Below are positions 21,568-31,640 of a DNA stretch of 64,000 nt, in pieces (position 1 is the stretch's first letter; every line of letters starts with the position of its first letter). The DNA is from Pseudomonadota bacterium (GTDB taxonomy: Bacteria > Campylobacterota > Campylobacteria > Campylobacterales > Sulfurimonadaceae). The stretch covers positions 32,001 through 96,000 of the forward strand of contig JAZDQA010000008.1 of assembly GCA_043797085.1 (NCBI GenBank), given 5' to 3'. The translations under genes were made by a program, and so were the position numbers. The notes beneath the pieces were generated by a model, which worked only from the letters and a program-made list of their open reading frames with translations, made no database searches and was not told the DNA's origin.

Positions 21568-22444
21568 AACGTTTTTATTGCTTGGAAGTCTTAGTGTCGT
21601 ACTGGTGTTTATCGGCGGCTATTTAGGGGGTCAGATGGGAATGCTCATCGCTCTCATTATGGCAGGTGGAATGAATTTTTATGCTTATTATTTTTCGGAT
21701 ACGGCGATTTTGAAACACTACAATGCGGTTGAAGTTGATCCCCGAGAAGCGCCGATGCTTTATCGGGTTATTGAAAGATTGGTGGAGCGCGCCGAACTTC
21801 CTATGCCGAAAGTTTATATTATCCACGATCACATTCCCAATGCGTTTGCAACGGGACGAAATCCTGAACATGCGGCAGTAGCGATTACAACAGGGTTATT
21901 GGAACTTTTAAACGAAGAAGAGGTTGAGGGAGTGATGGCGCATGAGCTCTCTCATGTTCACCATCGCGATATTCTCGTCGCAACGGTTGCTGCCACCATC
22001 GCTGGGGCTATTGCATTTATTGCCAATATGTTGCAATTTGGAGCTATATTCGGCAATCGGGATAATCGAGGCGGTAATCCGATTATGATGATAGCAATGG
22101 CGATTGTTTTACCTATCGCTGCAAGTGTGATTCAAATGACGATTAGCAGGTCGCGTGAGTTTATGGCGGATGAGGGGGCTGCAAAGTTGACAGGGCATCC
22201 TGAATGGCTTCAAAGTGCTTTGGTAAAGTTGACAAATTACAATGGACGAGGAGAAGTGCAGGGTGCTACACCTGAAAATGCACACATGTTTATTATCAGT
22301 CCATTTGACGGGAAAAACTTTTCATTTTCAAATCTTTTTAAAACGCATCCCACAACGGAACAAAGATTGGAACGATTGGAAGCATTAAAAAATCAAATTG
22401 ATACAGAAGAACCGTCAAAATTGTATGACCGTCATTACAGTTAA
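21554..22444 (+). CDS. htpX: Zinc metalloprotease HtpX
   Basis: [24 protein letters not shown]. Confidence 0.95.
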   Translation: MEQFKTFLLLGSLSVVLVFIGGYLGGQMGMLIALIMAGGMNFYAYYFSDTAILKHYNAVEVDPREAPMLYRVIERLVERAELPMPKVYIIHDHIPNAFATGRNPEHAAVAITTGLLELLNEEEVEGVMAHELSHVHHRDILVATVAATIAGAIAFIANMLQFGAIFGNRDNRGGNPIMMIAMAIVLPIAASVIQMTISRSREFMADEGAAKLTGHPEWLQSALVKLTNYNGRGEVQGATPENAHMFIISPFDGKNFSFSNLFKTHPTTEQRLERLEALKNQIDTEEPSKLYDRHYS

Positions 22445-22447
22445 ATA

Positions 22448-22585
22448 TTATTCGTGTTCGATTTTTAGTGTAAAATAAGGCTTTTTAGCCTCTGTCGAAT
22501 GTGGTTTATGAAAAAAATAACTCCGATAAAAAGCGTACACAATCATCATCAATGCTAATACAATGATTAAAAAACCTATCATCAT
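22448..22585 (-). CDS. Small single-TM protein, 45 aa (not in ORF track)
   Basis: Strong SD AAGGAGG; MMIGFLIIVLALMMIVYAFYRSYFFHKPHSTEAKKPYFTLKIEHE. Confidence 0.6.
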   Translation of the reverse strand: MMIGFLIIVLALMMIVYAFYRSYFFHKPHSTEAKKPYFTLKIEHE

Positions 22586-22642
22586 TTTTTTCCTCCTTGG
22601 AGTCTACAAAAAGTATATCGTCATTGTAATAATAATTTTTAA

Positions 22643-23383
22643 TTATAGAACTTCAAAAAGGATCGATTTGTTCGTTAGATCATGGATAAAAAGATTAAAA
22701 TTCTCGTCACACAATGTTTTATCGGGGGATGCAATAGAAATTTCTACGGTAGGAATACCATTATTCATCATCGGAAGAGATGAAAAATCAACGCTTGGAT
22801 TAAGTTTTTCCATAACCTCAATGAGGGTGTTTTCACTTGTTTGAGCGATCAGTGTTTTTCGATAGGTTTTCTCTGCCAAGGGATAAAAACGTTCCAATGC
22901 TTCTTCAACCATAGGATGAGACATCTCAGGAAATCCCGGCATGAAAAAATAACGATTTTCAAGATAAAATCCTGACATATTGTTGATAACGTTATGCAAT
23001 AATTCGGACTTTTTAGGCAACATTGCCATGTTAATACGATGGGGGAATGCCTGATCTCCAAATCGCTCAAGAATATTCGCATAAAATGATGGATGAGAAA
23101 CAAGGATACTGTCACTAAAAACATCGCTGGCAATTTGACGGGTTAGATCATCGGGAGTAGAGCCGATACCGCCAAAACTAAACATGACACCATTTGGATC
23201 TTTTTTAATAAGGGTATAAATTGAATGGATGAGTTCAATGTCATCTTTGATGATGAACGTTGAAAATAAAACGTGTCCTCGATGTAAAAGAGCATCACGA
23301 ACGAAGTCAAAATGTTTGTCAATTCTGCGACCATTGAGAATTTCAGAGCCGATAATAACGGCATAAAAGTGTGGTGTTTTCAT
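22643..23383 (-). CDS. CinA-like / MoCF-biosynthesis domain protein
   Basis: IIGSEILNG, GGIGSTPDDLT, MPGFPEM. Confidence 0.85.
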   Translation of the reverse strand: MKTPHFYAVIIGSEILNGRRIDKHFDFVRDALLHRGHVLFSTFIIKDDIELIHSIYTLIKKDPNGVMFSFGGIGSTPDDLTRQIASDVFSDSILVSHPSFYANILERFGDQAFPHRINMAMLPKKSELLHNVINNMSGFYLENRYFFMPGFPEMSHPMVEEALERFYPLAEKTYRKTLIAQTSENTLIEVMEKLNPSVDFSSLPMMNNGIPTVEISIASPDKTLCDENFNLFIHDLTNKSILFEVL

Positions 23384-23466
23384 CTGATTATTATAGCGTA
23401 ACAGCCATTTTTAACCAACATAGCGCTAAAATAAAGCTATTAAATAATGACAATTGGATAAGAATT

Positions 23467-25524
23467 ATGGTTAAACCTCTTTTAATTGAAATCGGTGTTG
23501 AAGAACTCCCAGCCGTTCCTTTGCTCAAAGAACTTGCGGAAATTGAGAAAAAATGGGTAAACGTTTTGGAAAAAAACGGTTTGCTGTGTGAGTTTGAATT
23601 TTACTATACCCCTCGTCGTCTCGTGTTGTGGCACCGTGAGTTTAAGACTGCCCAAGAAGATCGAATCGAAGAATTTTACGGTGCTCCGGTAGAAATGGCG
23701 ATAAAAGATGGTGTGGCTACCCCTGCTGCACTTGGTTTTGCAAAAAAATGCGGCGTTGACTTTGAACAGCTCTCGCGTTCAGAAAAGGCGGGCAAAGAAG
23801 TTCTTTATTATTCCAAGAATGTTGAGGGGAAAGAGAGCTCAGTTTTACTCAACGAAATGATTAATCAGTGGATTAAAAGTCTTAATTTCGGTAAATCCAT
23901 GCGATGGGGAAGCAATACGGAGAGCTTTATCCGTCCGATTCGCTGGTTAAATGTGATGTTGGGTGAAAAACAAGTAGACGCAGAGCTTTTTGGTGTGAAA
24001 TCAGCTCCTGAAACCTACGTTCACCGTATCAGCCATTTTGAAGCCAAACCGCTCGGCTCGTTGCATGAGTATTTTGATGTTCTTAAAAACGGTTCGGTCA
24101 CATTATTTCCACAAGAACGTCGCTCTACTATTTTAGAAGCCTTCAAAAACTTAGAAAATGAGCATGGAATTACGATTGAGATTGATGAAGATTTGCTCGA
24201 TGAAGTCGTGGCAATTACTGAACATCCGACACCTTTGCTTGGTAAGTTTGATGAAAGTTTTTTAGAGCTTCCTCCTGAAGTCATCGTCACCTCAATGAAA
24301 GAACATCAGCGTTATTTCCCAGTATTTAAAGAGGGTAAACTTATCAATGCGTTTGTAGTGGTTTCTAATGCCTTGGCGGATGATTTTACACAGGTAATCG
24401 AAGGGAATGAACGTGTTTTACGACCGCGTCTTAGTGATGCATTGTTCTTTTATCATAACGACCTCAAAAAAGGACTCAGTACCGCTGGCTTGGAAAAAGT
24501 TGTCTTTATGAACGGTTTGGGAACGTTGGCAGAAAAAATCAAACGTGAAAAAATAGTAGCTAAAAAGCTTTTGTCTGAATCACGAATTTGGGGACTTTTT
24601 TTAGACGACGATTATGCTGAAGAACATCTTGAAGAAGCAATGACTTTAGCTAAAGCTGATTTAATGTCTGAGATGGTTTATGAATTTACTGAGCTTCAGG
24701 GGCTGATGGGTTCGTATTATTTTAAAAAATTATATCCTGAAAAAGGTTCGAGGATTGTTGAAGCAATTAAAGAACAATATAAATTTTCGGGTGAAGAGAT
24801 TAGTAGCTCTTTTAGTGCTATTGTGAATATCGCTATGAAACTTGATACATTAATTGGGATGTTCAGTATTGGAGAGATTCCGACGGGTTCACGTGATCCG
24901 TTCGCCCTTCGCCGTGCTGTCAATGGTATTATTAGTATTGCTTTAAAACATAAAATTCCTTTGGATTTTTCAACTTTTATAGATTCTGTACAAGAATTTT
25001 ATCCTCAAAATATTGATTATAAAAAGAATATTGAGCAATTTATTATTGAGCGTTTATCTGGTATTTATCCAAATGTAAATTCATCAATTATCCAGTCGGT
25101 AGTAGTAAAAAAAGAAGGTATATTTTTAGATATTAGAGTAGTTGATTTAAGGATTAAAGCTGTAGATGAAATTGCTTCTTCTGATGGATTTGAAGAAATA
25201 TTTTCTACATTTAAACGAGTGTGTAATATTTTAAAAGATGATAGTGATGATAATCTTTTTCCAGATATCGACCTTTTTGAACATGAGGCAGAACATATTT
25301 TGTGGAATAAATTAGTAGAAGTTATCAATAATAAAGATTCGTATGGGTTGATGATAAAATATTTAGATGCACTATTTGCTCTTAAAGCTCCGTTGGATTC
25401 ATTTTTTGAAAACGTTATGGTTAATACAGAAGATTTATTGGTTCGAGCTAATCGAAAAACATTATTAAGAAAAATTTACGCAGAGATATACTCGATTGCC
25501 GATATTAAAAATATTACCTTATGA
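23467..25524 (+). CDS. glyS: Glycine--tRNA ligase beta subunit
   Basis: LLIEIGVEELP, TPRRL, FIRPIRW, GNERVLRPRLSDA, KADL..EMVYEFTELQG, PTGSRDPFALRR. Confidence 0.96.
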   Translation: MVKPLLIEIGVEELPAVPLLKELAEIEKKWVNVLEKNGLLCEFEFYYTPRRLVLWHREFKTAQEDRIEEFYGAPVEMAIKDGVATPAALGFAKKCGVDFEQLSRSEKAGKEVLYYSKNVEGKESSVLLNEMINQWIKSLNFGKSMRWGSNTESFIRPIRWLNVMLGEKQVDAELFGVKSAPETYVHRISHFEAKPLGSLHEYFDVLKNGSVTLFPQERRSTILEAFKNLENEHGITIEIDEDLLDEVVAITEHPTPLLGKFDESFLELPPEVIVTSMKEHQRYFPVFKEGKLINAFVVVSNALADDFTQVIEGNERVLRPRLSDALFFYHNDLKKGLSTAGLEKVVFMNGLGTLAEKIKREKIVAKKLLSESRIWGLFLDDDYAEEHLEEAMTLAKADLMSEMVYEFTELQGLMGSYYFKKLYPEKGSRIVEAIKEQYKFSGEEISSSFSAIVNIAMKLDTLIGMFSIGEIPTGSRDPFALRRAVNGIISIALKHKIPLDFSTFIDSVQEFYPQNIDYKKNIEQFIIERLSGIYPNVNSSIIQSVVVKKEGIFLDIRVVDLRIKAVDEIASSDGFEEIFSTFKRVCNILKDDSDDNLFPDIDLFEHEAEHILWNKLVEVINNKDSYGLMIKYLDALFALKAPLDSFFENVMVNTEDLLVRANRKTLLRKIYAEIYSIADIKNITL

Positions 25525-26638
25525 TGTTATCATCATCGGTGCAGGGATAAATGGCTGTTGTAGCGCCTATACTCTCGCGCAGGCAGGATTAAACGTTGCT
25601 TTGGTTGATCAAGATGGTATTGCTTCGGGTGGCAGCGGTGCGGCAGGGGCATTTATCTCACCTAAAATCTCTAAAGCCGGTGAACTCAAAGAGATAATGA
25701 GTGAAGCACACGCCGAAGCACTCGAATTTTACACCACCCGTTTCCCCCAGTTTACCCTCACAAAACCCCTTCTTCATATTGCTAACAGCCCACAAGAAGC
25801 CGATAAACTCGAATATTTCAAGCATGAAACTTCTCTGCATCATTCTGCACTCGATGAAGAATTAAAATCACTTCTGAGCGAAGACGCGTTAAATGAGAGC
25901 ACTATCTATTTTGATGAAGGGGCGGTTGTTGATGCGCAGGGGGTATGTCGTGCGATGGTGGATGGAATCGATTTTTATCTCCTCAAGGTACAACAGCTTA
26001 TCTATTCAGATGGATTATGGCAAGTCGGTGAATTGCGTGCCAAACATCTCGTCCTCTCGATCGGAGCCTATCCCAAACTCTTGCCGATTGATTATGTCGG
26101 ATTAAGAGGAATTTGGGGGCATCGTATCGACATTGAAACCTCTACGCATATTCCCTGTATCCTTCACCACCATGTTTCTATATCACCGATGACAAAAAAG
26201 GGAATAGTCGCTATAGGTGCTACCCATGATGTCCATTATTCTCCGTTTTCAGGAGAACCATATGAGGTAGAGCAGGGGAGAGTATTGCTTCTCGAAAAAG
26301 CATCCAAAACATTAAAACTAAATGATACTAACATTCTAAATGACTATATGGGATTGCGTTCGGGTTCCAGTGACTATCTCCCGATGCTGGGGAGTTTGGT
26401 TAATGCTGAGGCAACGCTCGAAAAATTCCCCCATTTACGGCATGGTCAAGCCGTCGATTCGAGCGAATATATTTATTATCCAAATCTTACGATGATAAAT
26501 GGTTCAGGGGGATATGGATTTGTTCTCGCTCCCTATTTGGCAAAGCGATTAACCGCGTATATTGCAGAGAGAAAAAGTATTGATCCGATTTTATCCCCGT
26601 CACGCTTTTTCCCGCGATGGGCAAAACGTCAGTCATAA
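25496..26638 (+). CDS. FAD-dependent oxidoreductase, stand-alone MnmC C-terminal-like
   Basis: GAGING Rossmann motif, ASGGSGAAGA, DYLPMLG, GGYGF; start uncertain. Confidence 0.75.
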   Translation: MPILKILPYDVIIIGAGINGCCSAYTLAQAGLNVALVDQDGIASGGSGAAGAFISPKISKAGELKEIMSEAHAEALEFYTTRFPQFTLTKPLLHIANSPQEADKLEYFKHETSLHHSALDEELKSLLSEDALNESTIYFDEGAVVDAQGVCRAMVDGIDFYLLKVQQLIYSDGLWQVGELRAKHLVLSIGAYPKLLPIDYVGLRGIWGHRIDIETSTHIPCILHHHVSISPMTKKGIVAIGATHDVHYSPFSGEPYEVEQGRVLLLEKASKTLKLNDTNILNDYMGLRSGSSDYLPMLGSLVNAEATLEKFPHLRHGQAVDSSEYIYYPNLTMINGSGGYGFVLAPYLAKRLTAYIAERKSIDPILSPSRFFPRWAKRQS

Positions 26639-27093
26639 ACCACAACCCCATAGTTGTCATCAATACGATAAAAGCGCGAATCACTGGTGATACTTAAATC
26701 ACCTAAACGTCCTAAATGAACATAGCTTTTTTTGTTTAATGCAATTCCATTTTCGGTAAAAAAGCGTTTGAGATTGACGAATTTGATGTCATTAACGTAT
26801 TTGTATTCAAACTGATTATAGAGACGCATTTTTTTGTACGCAAAGATGTGGGAATCCATATTGAGAGTGGATGCGGCGTAGTTGGTAGGCAGGTATCCGG
26901 TGAGATCGGTAAGAGAGGTTTCGATATGCGAATATCTTTCAGGCAAAGTCTGTTTTTCGATAAAAACGTAACGATTAAGCTTGATATGGCGACTTTCATT
27001 CCAGTAGGTATAAGCCGGCGAACTAAGTTGTAACTTGGTATTGATTTCTCGCCAGAGCCAATGTTTATCCAGCAGTGAATAGAGTGCTGACAT
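26629..27093 (-). CDS. Conserved hypothetical protein
   Basis: 154-aa ORF directly downstream of the NlpC/P60 gene; no motif recognised. Confidence 0.65.
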   Translation of the reverse strand: MSALYSLLDKHWLWREINTKLQLSSPAYTYWNESRHIKLNRYVFIEKQTLPERYSHIETSLTDLTGYLPTNYAASTLNMDSHIFAYKKMRLYNQFEYKYVNDIKFVNLKRFFTENGIALNKKSYVHLGRLGDLSITSDSRFYRIDDNYGVVVYD

Positions 27094-27099
27094 TAATAA

Positions 27100-27897
27100 T
27101 CACTCATTTTGAGAATCTTGATCATTAAGAGCTATACGCTTGGCATACATGAAACGTTGCTTGTAGTATCCCTTGTCAATTGAGTCGTATTGTACTTTTT
27201 GTCCGGTAAAGGATGCGTGAATAATTTTTCCCTCACCCGCATATATTGCCACATGTGAAGGATCGGATTTGTAAGTACGGTAAAATAATAAATCACCCAC
27301 TTCTAAATCTTTGTAATTGACATCTTCACCGAGTTGTGCTTGTTCAGCTGCGCTGTGTGGAAGTGTAACCCCAAACTGACGATAGACTTGCTGGGTAAAC
27401 CCGGAACAGTCGGTACGATCCCCATCCTTATTTCCAAAGCCATAGGGGGTTCCTAAAAACTCTTTGGCTTTCGCCAAAACACGCCCTTTTATGGAACTTA
27501 AATTTGCAAAAAGTGATTTTTTTGGTTTTTCTTCTGTTTTTGCAGTATTCGTCAGGAGTATCGGATCGGGACAGCTGTTTAGTATTTCAACTTTGGGTGA
27601 TGAGGGTTTATTAATGACTAAATAGGGTAAGTCATTATTGCCGATAGAAGGTTTTTTAGGAAATACCGGAGTAGCTGCTATGGTTGGCGGTGTAATAATA
27701 TAGGGGGTTTGAGGTTTTGTCGGGGTAAGATTATGTATGATTTTTTTGAAAGGGTTTGGTTCATCTTGAGAGTTATCAGCGGATCGTGATAGTTCCCGTT
27801 CGTATTCTAAAAATAATGATGTTTCACGTTTTGGAGAATCAGCGAAAAGATGGGTGGAAAAAACGATAAATGTAATAATTAGATACCTGCTAATCAT
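27100..27897 (-). CDS. Secreted NlpC/P60 (C40) peptidase
   Basis: Signal peptide, LGTPY, DCSGF, HVAIY, IHAS; SD GGAGG supports the start at 27897. Confidence 0.9.
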   Translation of the reverse strand: MISRYLIITFIVFSTHLFADSPKRETSLFLEYERELSRSADNSQDEPNPFKKIIHNLTPTKPQTPYIITPPTIAATPVFPKKPSIGNNDLPYLVINKPSSPKVEILNSCPDPILLTNTAKTEEKPKKSLFANLSSIKGRVLAKAKEFLGTPYGFGNKDGDRTDCSGFTQQVYRQFGVTLPHSAAEQAQLGEDVNYKDLEVGDLLFYRTYKSDPSHVAIYAGEGKIIHASFTGQKVQYDSIDKGYYKQRFMYAKRIALNDQDSQNE

Positions 27898-28040
27898 CCA
27901 ACCTCCTGTATTCGTCACAATATAGTTTATTTCGAACCTCAACCATTATAAATCTAAAAAACTTTAGTTTTTATTATAATTTAATATTCTTGTCATGGCG
28001 TTATGGTACACTATCATTAAAAACAAACAGTAAATGAGGC

Positions 28041-28997
28041 ATGAATTTAGTGAAAGAAGCAATCGTACTTCTCAATATGGGTGGTCCCAATAATCTGCGT
28101 GAAGTAGAGATGTTTTTAACCAATATGTTTAATGATCCTGCGATTATTCGTACAAAAAGTGTCTTATTACGTCGTTTTATTGCTGGAATAATTACTCTTT
28201 CGCGTGCTGAAAAATCCCAAGAAATTTATCGTCAAATTGGTGGAAAATCACCCATAGTAGATTTAACAACGTCATTGGTTACTAAACTTCAAGCCGCAGT
28301 TGGTGAAGAGGTTATTGTTGATTTTGTGATGCGGTATACACCTCCTATGGCGGATGAGGTGATTAAAAAGCTGAAAAAAAGCGGTGTTGGAAAAGTATAT
28401 CTTATCCCTTTATTTCCGCAATATTCCACTACTACAACGGCGTCTTCCCTCGATGATTTTGAAGCCGTTTCTCGTAAAAATGAGTGGTATCCTATCATGG
28501 TAGAGTTAAAACATTTTTTTACTAATGATAAATATAATACTCTTCTGCTGACTCTTATTAAAGAAACGCTTGCTGATAATAATCCGAATGATTTTGAATT
28601 GATTTTTTCTGCTCACGGTTTGCCTCAAAAAATTGTCGATAGCGGAGACCCGTATCAGCGGCATGTAAGTGCTCATGTCGAGCTATTAAAAGATAAATTT
28701 CATAATGAAGGGATTTATTTTAGAGGAGTTCACTTGGCATATCAATCCAAAGTAGGTCCAATGAAATGGTTAGATCCCTCTCTTGAATCGATGCTGAAGA
28801 GTTTGAATACGAAAAAGGTGATTATCGTCCCTATCGCTTTTACGATTGATAATTCTGAAACCAACTATGAACTCTCAATGGAATACGCTGAAATTGCTCA
28901 TGAACTGGGCTATAGCGATTATCGTGTCTGTAAATGCCCTAACGACCATTCCCTCTTTGTTCAAACTCTCAAAGAACTTTTTGAAAAAATGCGATAA
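28041..28997 (+). CDS. hemH: Ferrochelatase
   Basis: LLNMGGP, PLFPQYSTTT, FSAHGLP, YQSKVGP..WL.P. Confidence 0.96.
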   Translation: MNLVKEAIVLLNMGGPNNLREVEMFLTNMFNDPAIIRTKSVLLRRFIAGIITLSRAEKSQEIYRQIGGKSPIVDLTTSLVTKLQAAVGEEVIVDFVMRYTPPMADEVIKKLKKSGVGKVYLIPLFPQYSTTTTASSLDDFEAVSRKNEWYPIMVELKHFFTNDKYNTLLLTLIKETLADNNPNDFELIFSAHGLPQKIVDSGDPYQRHVSAHVELLKDKFHNEGIYFRGVHLAYQSKVGPMKWLDPSLESMLKSLNTKKVIIVPIAFTIDNSETNYELSMEYAEIAHELGYSDYRVCKCPNDHSLFVQTLKELFEKMR

Positions 28998-28999
28998 TT

Positions 29000-29632
29000 A
29001 TGTCTAAAATAGTCATTTTTGATATGGACGGTACTCTGATAAATTCCAGTTTGGATATTACTCTCTCTATCAATCATGTACGTTTAGCGTGTTACTCTCT
29101 TGAGCCTCTAACGGAACAATTTGTGATTGATGCTATCAATGCACATGATCGTAACTTAACTTCTCTTTTTTATCAAACTCAAGAATATGAAATAAAAGCC
29201 AAAAAACTATTTGAATCCCACTACTACGATCAGTGCATACAAAATGTACATCCTTATCCCCAAATCAAAGAGACGCTTGAACATCTTCAATCCAGTGGAT
29301 GTCTCATGAGCGTTGCGACCAATGCTCCCAGTATCTTTGCTAAACGGATGTTGACTCATTTGGGTATTGCAGAGTATTTTAGTTGTATTATTGGTGCGGA
29401 TAATGTGGATCAACCAAAACCGCATCCTCAAATGATTGAATTGATTTTAAACCATCATGGTTACGATGTGTACAACGACCAAGCATGGATGATCGGTGAT
29501 AACAGTAAAGATATGCAAGCTGCCCGGAGTGCCAATGTCGGTACAATATTTGCTGCATGGGGATTTAGTGATACGGGAGTAGGTGATTATATCGCCTTCG
29601 CGCCATCGGAAATCAAATCGATTATTTTATAA
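29000..29632 (+). CDS. HAD hydrolase (phosphoglycolate phosphatase-like)
   Basis: DMDGT, KPHP, IGD..KD motifs. Confidence 0.88.
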   Translation: MSKIVIFDMDGTLINSSLDITLSINHVRLACYSLEPLTEQFVIDAINAHDRNLTSLFYQTQEYEIKAKKLFESHYYDQCIQNVHPYPQIKETLEHLQSSGCLMSVATNAPSIFAKRMLTHLGIAEYFSCIIGADNVDQPKPHPQMIELILNHHGYDVYNDQAWMIGDNSKDMQAARSANVGTIFAAWGFSDTGVGDYIAFAPSEIKSIIL

Positions 29633-29642
29633 GGAGCTTACT

Positions 29643-30878
29643 ATGTTTGAAGTAGATCTTTTGGTGTCAATCGTCATGATGTCGTTACTTTTTTTACGGC
29701 ATATCAGCGTTTATAAAGATCGCAATAAAATAAACTATACCCCTGTGGTGTTGGCGATTGGTTTTATTGGAGGACTTCTTCATTTTGTAATGCTGGGTGA
29801 TGGGACAGGATGGCTGTTGGTCTTGCGTGAATCAATGCTGACATTAACGGTAGGCATTGTCCTCTCAACGATTATGAGCGTTATGAGTCAAACGCAAAAT
29901 GCCCAAAATCAGTACACCAGTAACCTTCGTATTCAAACTATAGTGGATGAGGTAGAGCAGTTAAAACCTCTTTTTAGCACTATCAATACATCGCTTTCCC
30001 GTGTAACTCAAATGGAAAGCACGACACACGAACAACTAAAAAATATTTTTAGAGAAGAAATCGAAGCGCTGGGATCAATTTTGAATAATCAAAAGTTCTT
30101 TATCCAAAAAGTTGAGTCTGTTTTAGCCCAGCAACAGCTTGCGCAGGAAAAATTTGAAGAGTTTAGTCTCAGCGAGCTTCCGAGTCTGGACAATGTGGTT
30201 CACCGTCATATCGATTTATTGCGTATTGCAGAACAAGATCATTTTAATCAGCTTAAAAGTGTTATCAAGAGTTCCAGTGAAGAGAAAGTCGAAATTCATA
30301 ATGAATTCATTCAAATGAAACATGCTCTCGAAAAACTTCAAAAATCTCATTCGATTGATGGAGCGATGGGAGTTATGGAACATGAGTTCTCACGTATCAT
30401 TGCTGAATTCGCACGTCATATTCAAACCATTGGTTCAAAGAGTGAAAGCATCGTAACGACACTGCTGGAAAATGAAACCATACTCAAAGCTTCTCGTGAT
30501 CAAAGTGAATTGATAATGCAGCAAATGGTGTTGTCATCCAATCAGATGCGAGAAATGAATCACAACACCAAGGAGCTCAATGAGTCTTTGCGACCGCTTG
30601 GATCGCTTTTTGGATCGGCGGAGTCGTTGTTTAAAGAGTTTATGATGGCTAAAAGTACTTTATCTGAACTTATCGTTACTCTCGAATCGTATGAGAAACA
30701 TGAACATCGTGCTCTTCGTGAGCATTTGGAAAACGTTGCCAACAATGCAATTATACAAATGGAACTTTTTACTCAAAATATAGCAAAATTTGAGGAAACT
30801 CAACGTTTTGTTTCTCCCAAAGATGTACAGGAACTTTCCCATAAAGTGAAGCTTCACCAAAGCTACAATGGGGAATGA
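29643..30878 (+). CDS. Membrane-anchored coiled-coil hypothetical protein
   Basis: Three N-terminal TM segments then a long helical region; SD AAGGAG. Confidence 0.75.
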   Translation: MFEVDLLVSIVMMSLLFLRHISVYKDRNKINYTPVVLAIGFIGGLLHFVMLGDGTGWLLVLRESMLTLTVGIVLSTIMSVMSQTQNAQNQYTSNLRIQTIVDEVEQLKPLFSTINTSLSRVTQMESTTHEQLKNIFREEIEALGSILNNQKFFIQKVESVLAQQQLAQEKFEEFSLSELPSLDNVVHRHIDLLRIAEQDHFNQLKSVIKSSSEEKVEIHNEFIQMKHALEKLQKSHSIDGAMGVMEHEFSRIIAEFARHIQTIGSKSESIVTTLLENETILKASRDQSELIMQQMVLSSNQMREMNHNTKELNESLRPLGSLFGSAESLFKEFMMAKSTLSELIVTLESYEKHEHRALREHLENVANNAIIQMELFTQNIAKFEETQRFVSPKDVQELSHKVKLHQSYNGE

Positions 30879-30929
30879 GAAACATTTGGATAAAATGCTA
30901 TTCGTAAAATAATAAAATATGGATAAATA

Positions 30930-31640
30930 ATGATTGAATACTATGAACAAGCCGATGAAGAGGGACAAAACTATCGAATAGAGGTAGATTTATCTCTAGT
31001 TGACGAGGTTCCTGATCTAGAAAAGCCTTGGTTACTATGGCTTTTTGTCAAAGTGGCTGACAGTGAAGATGCTGAGTTTATCGGCTTTAGAGATGACCTC
31101 ATTGTGACTCTTGATGCTCAAGTAGAAGCTGTGTATGCAGGTACTATTGTAAAAGATGGATGGTGTGAGCTTTATTTTTACGCATCTACGTCTAAAAAGT
31201 TTGAAAACATTACCTCGGATGTCATGGCTCGACATAGTAAATATGCTTACGAGCGTGGTTCTTCACGTGACACAAAATGGGAAATGTATCAGGAGCGTCT
31301 CTATCCTGAGCCTTTTGACCTTATCAGTATACAAAGCCGTCATACTCTCGAAGCACTTTTGGAAGAAGAGGATGATTTGTCTGTCCCTAGAGAAGTGGAA
31401 CATTATTTCTTTTTTCAAACGCCTACCGCGTTACAGCGTTTTGAAGCGTCAATGATTTCAGATGGATTTAGTCTCAAAGAGCATATTAATGATGATGAAA
31501 GTGATTATGTATATGGAGTGACTTTGACAAAAATGGAGTCTGTGACTCCAGAGCAAGTCAATGAAACGACATCAACGCTTTATGAATTAGTGATGCAAGA
31601 GCATGGTCATTATGAGGGCTGGAGCACGGTGCTTTCTTGA
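30930..31640 (+). CDS. DUF695 / RraB-like acidic protein
   Basis: ELYFY, D.KW..Y...LYP, REVEHYFFF, GHYEGW. Confidence 0.75.
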   Translation: MIEYYEQADEEGQNYRIEVDLSLVDEVPDLEKPWLLWLFVKVADSEDAEFIGFRDDLIVTLDAQVEAVYAGTIVKDGWCELYFYASTSKKFENITSDVMARHSKYAYERGSSRDTKWEMYQERLYPEPFDLISIQSRHTLEALLEEEDDLSVPREVEHYFFFQTPTALQRFEASMISDGFSLKEHINDDESDYVYGVTLTKMESVTPEQVNETTSTLYELVMQEHGHYEGWSTVLS

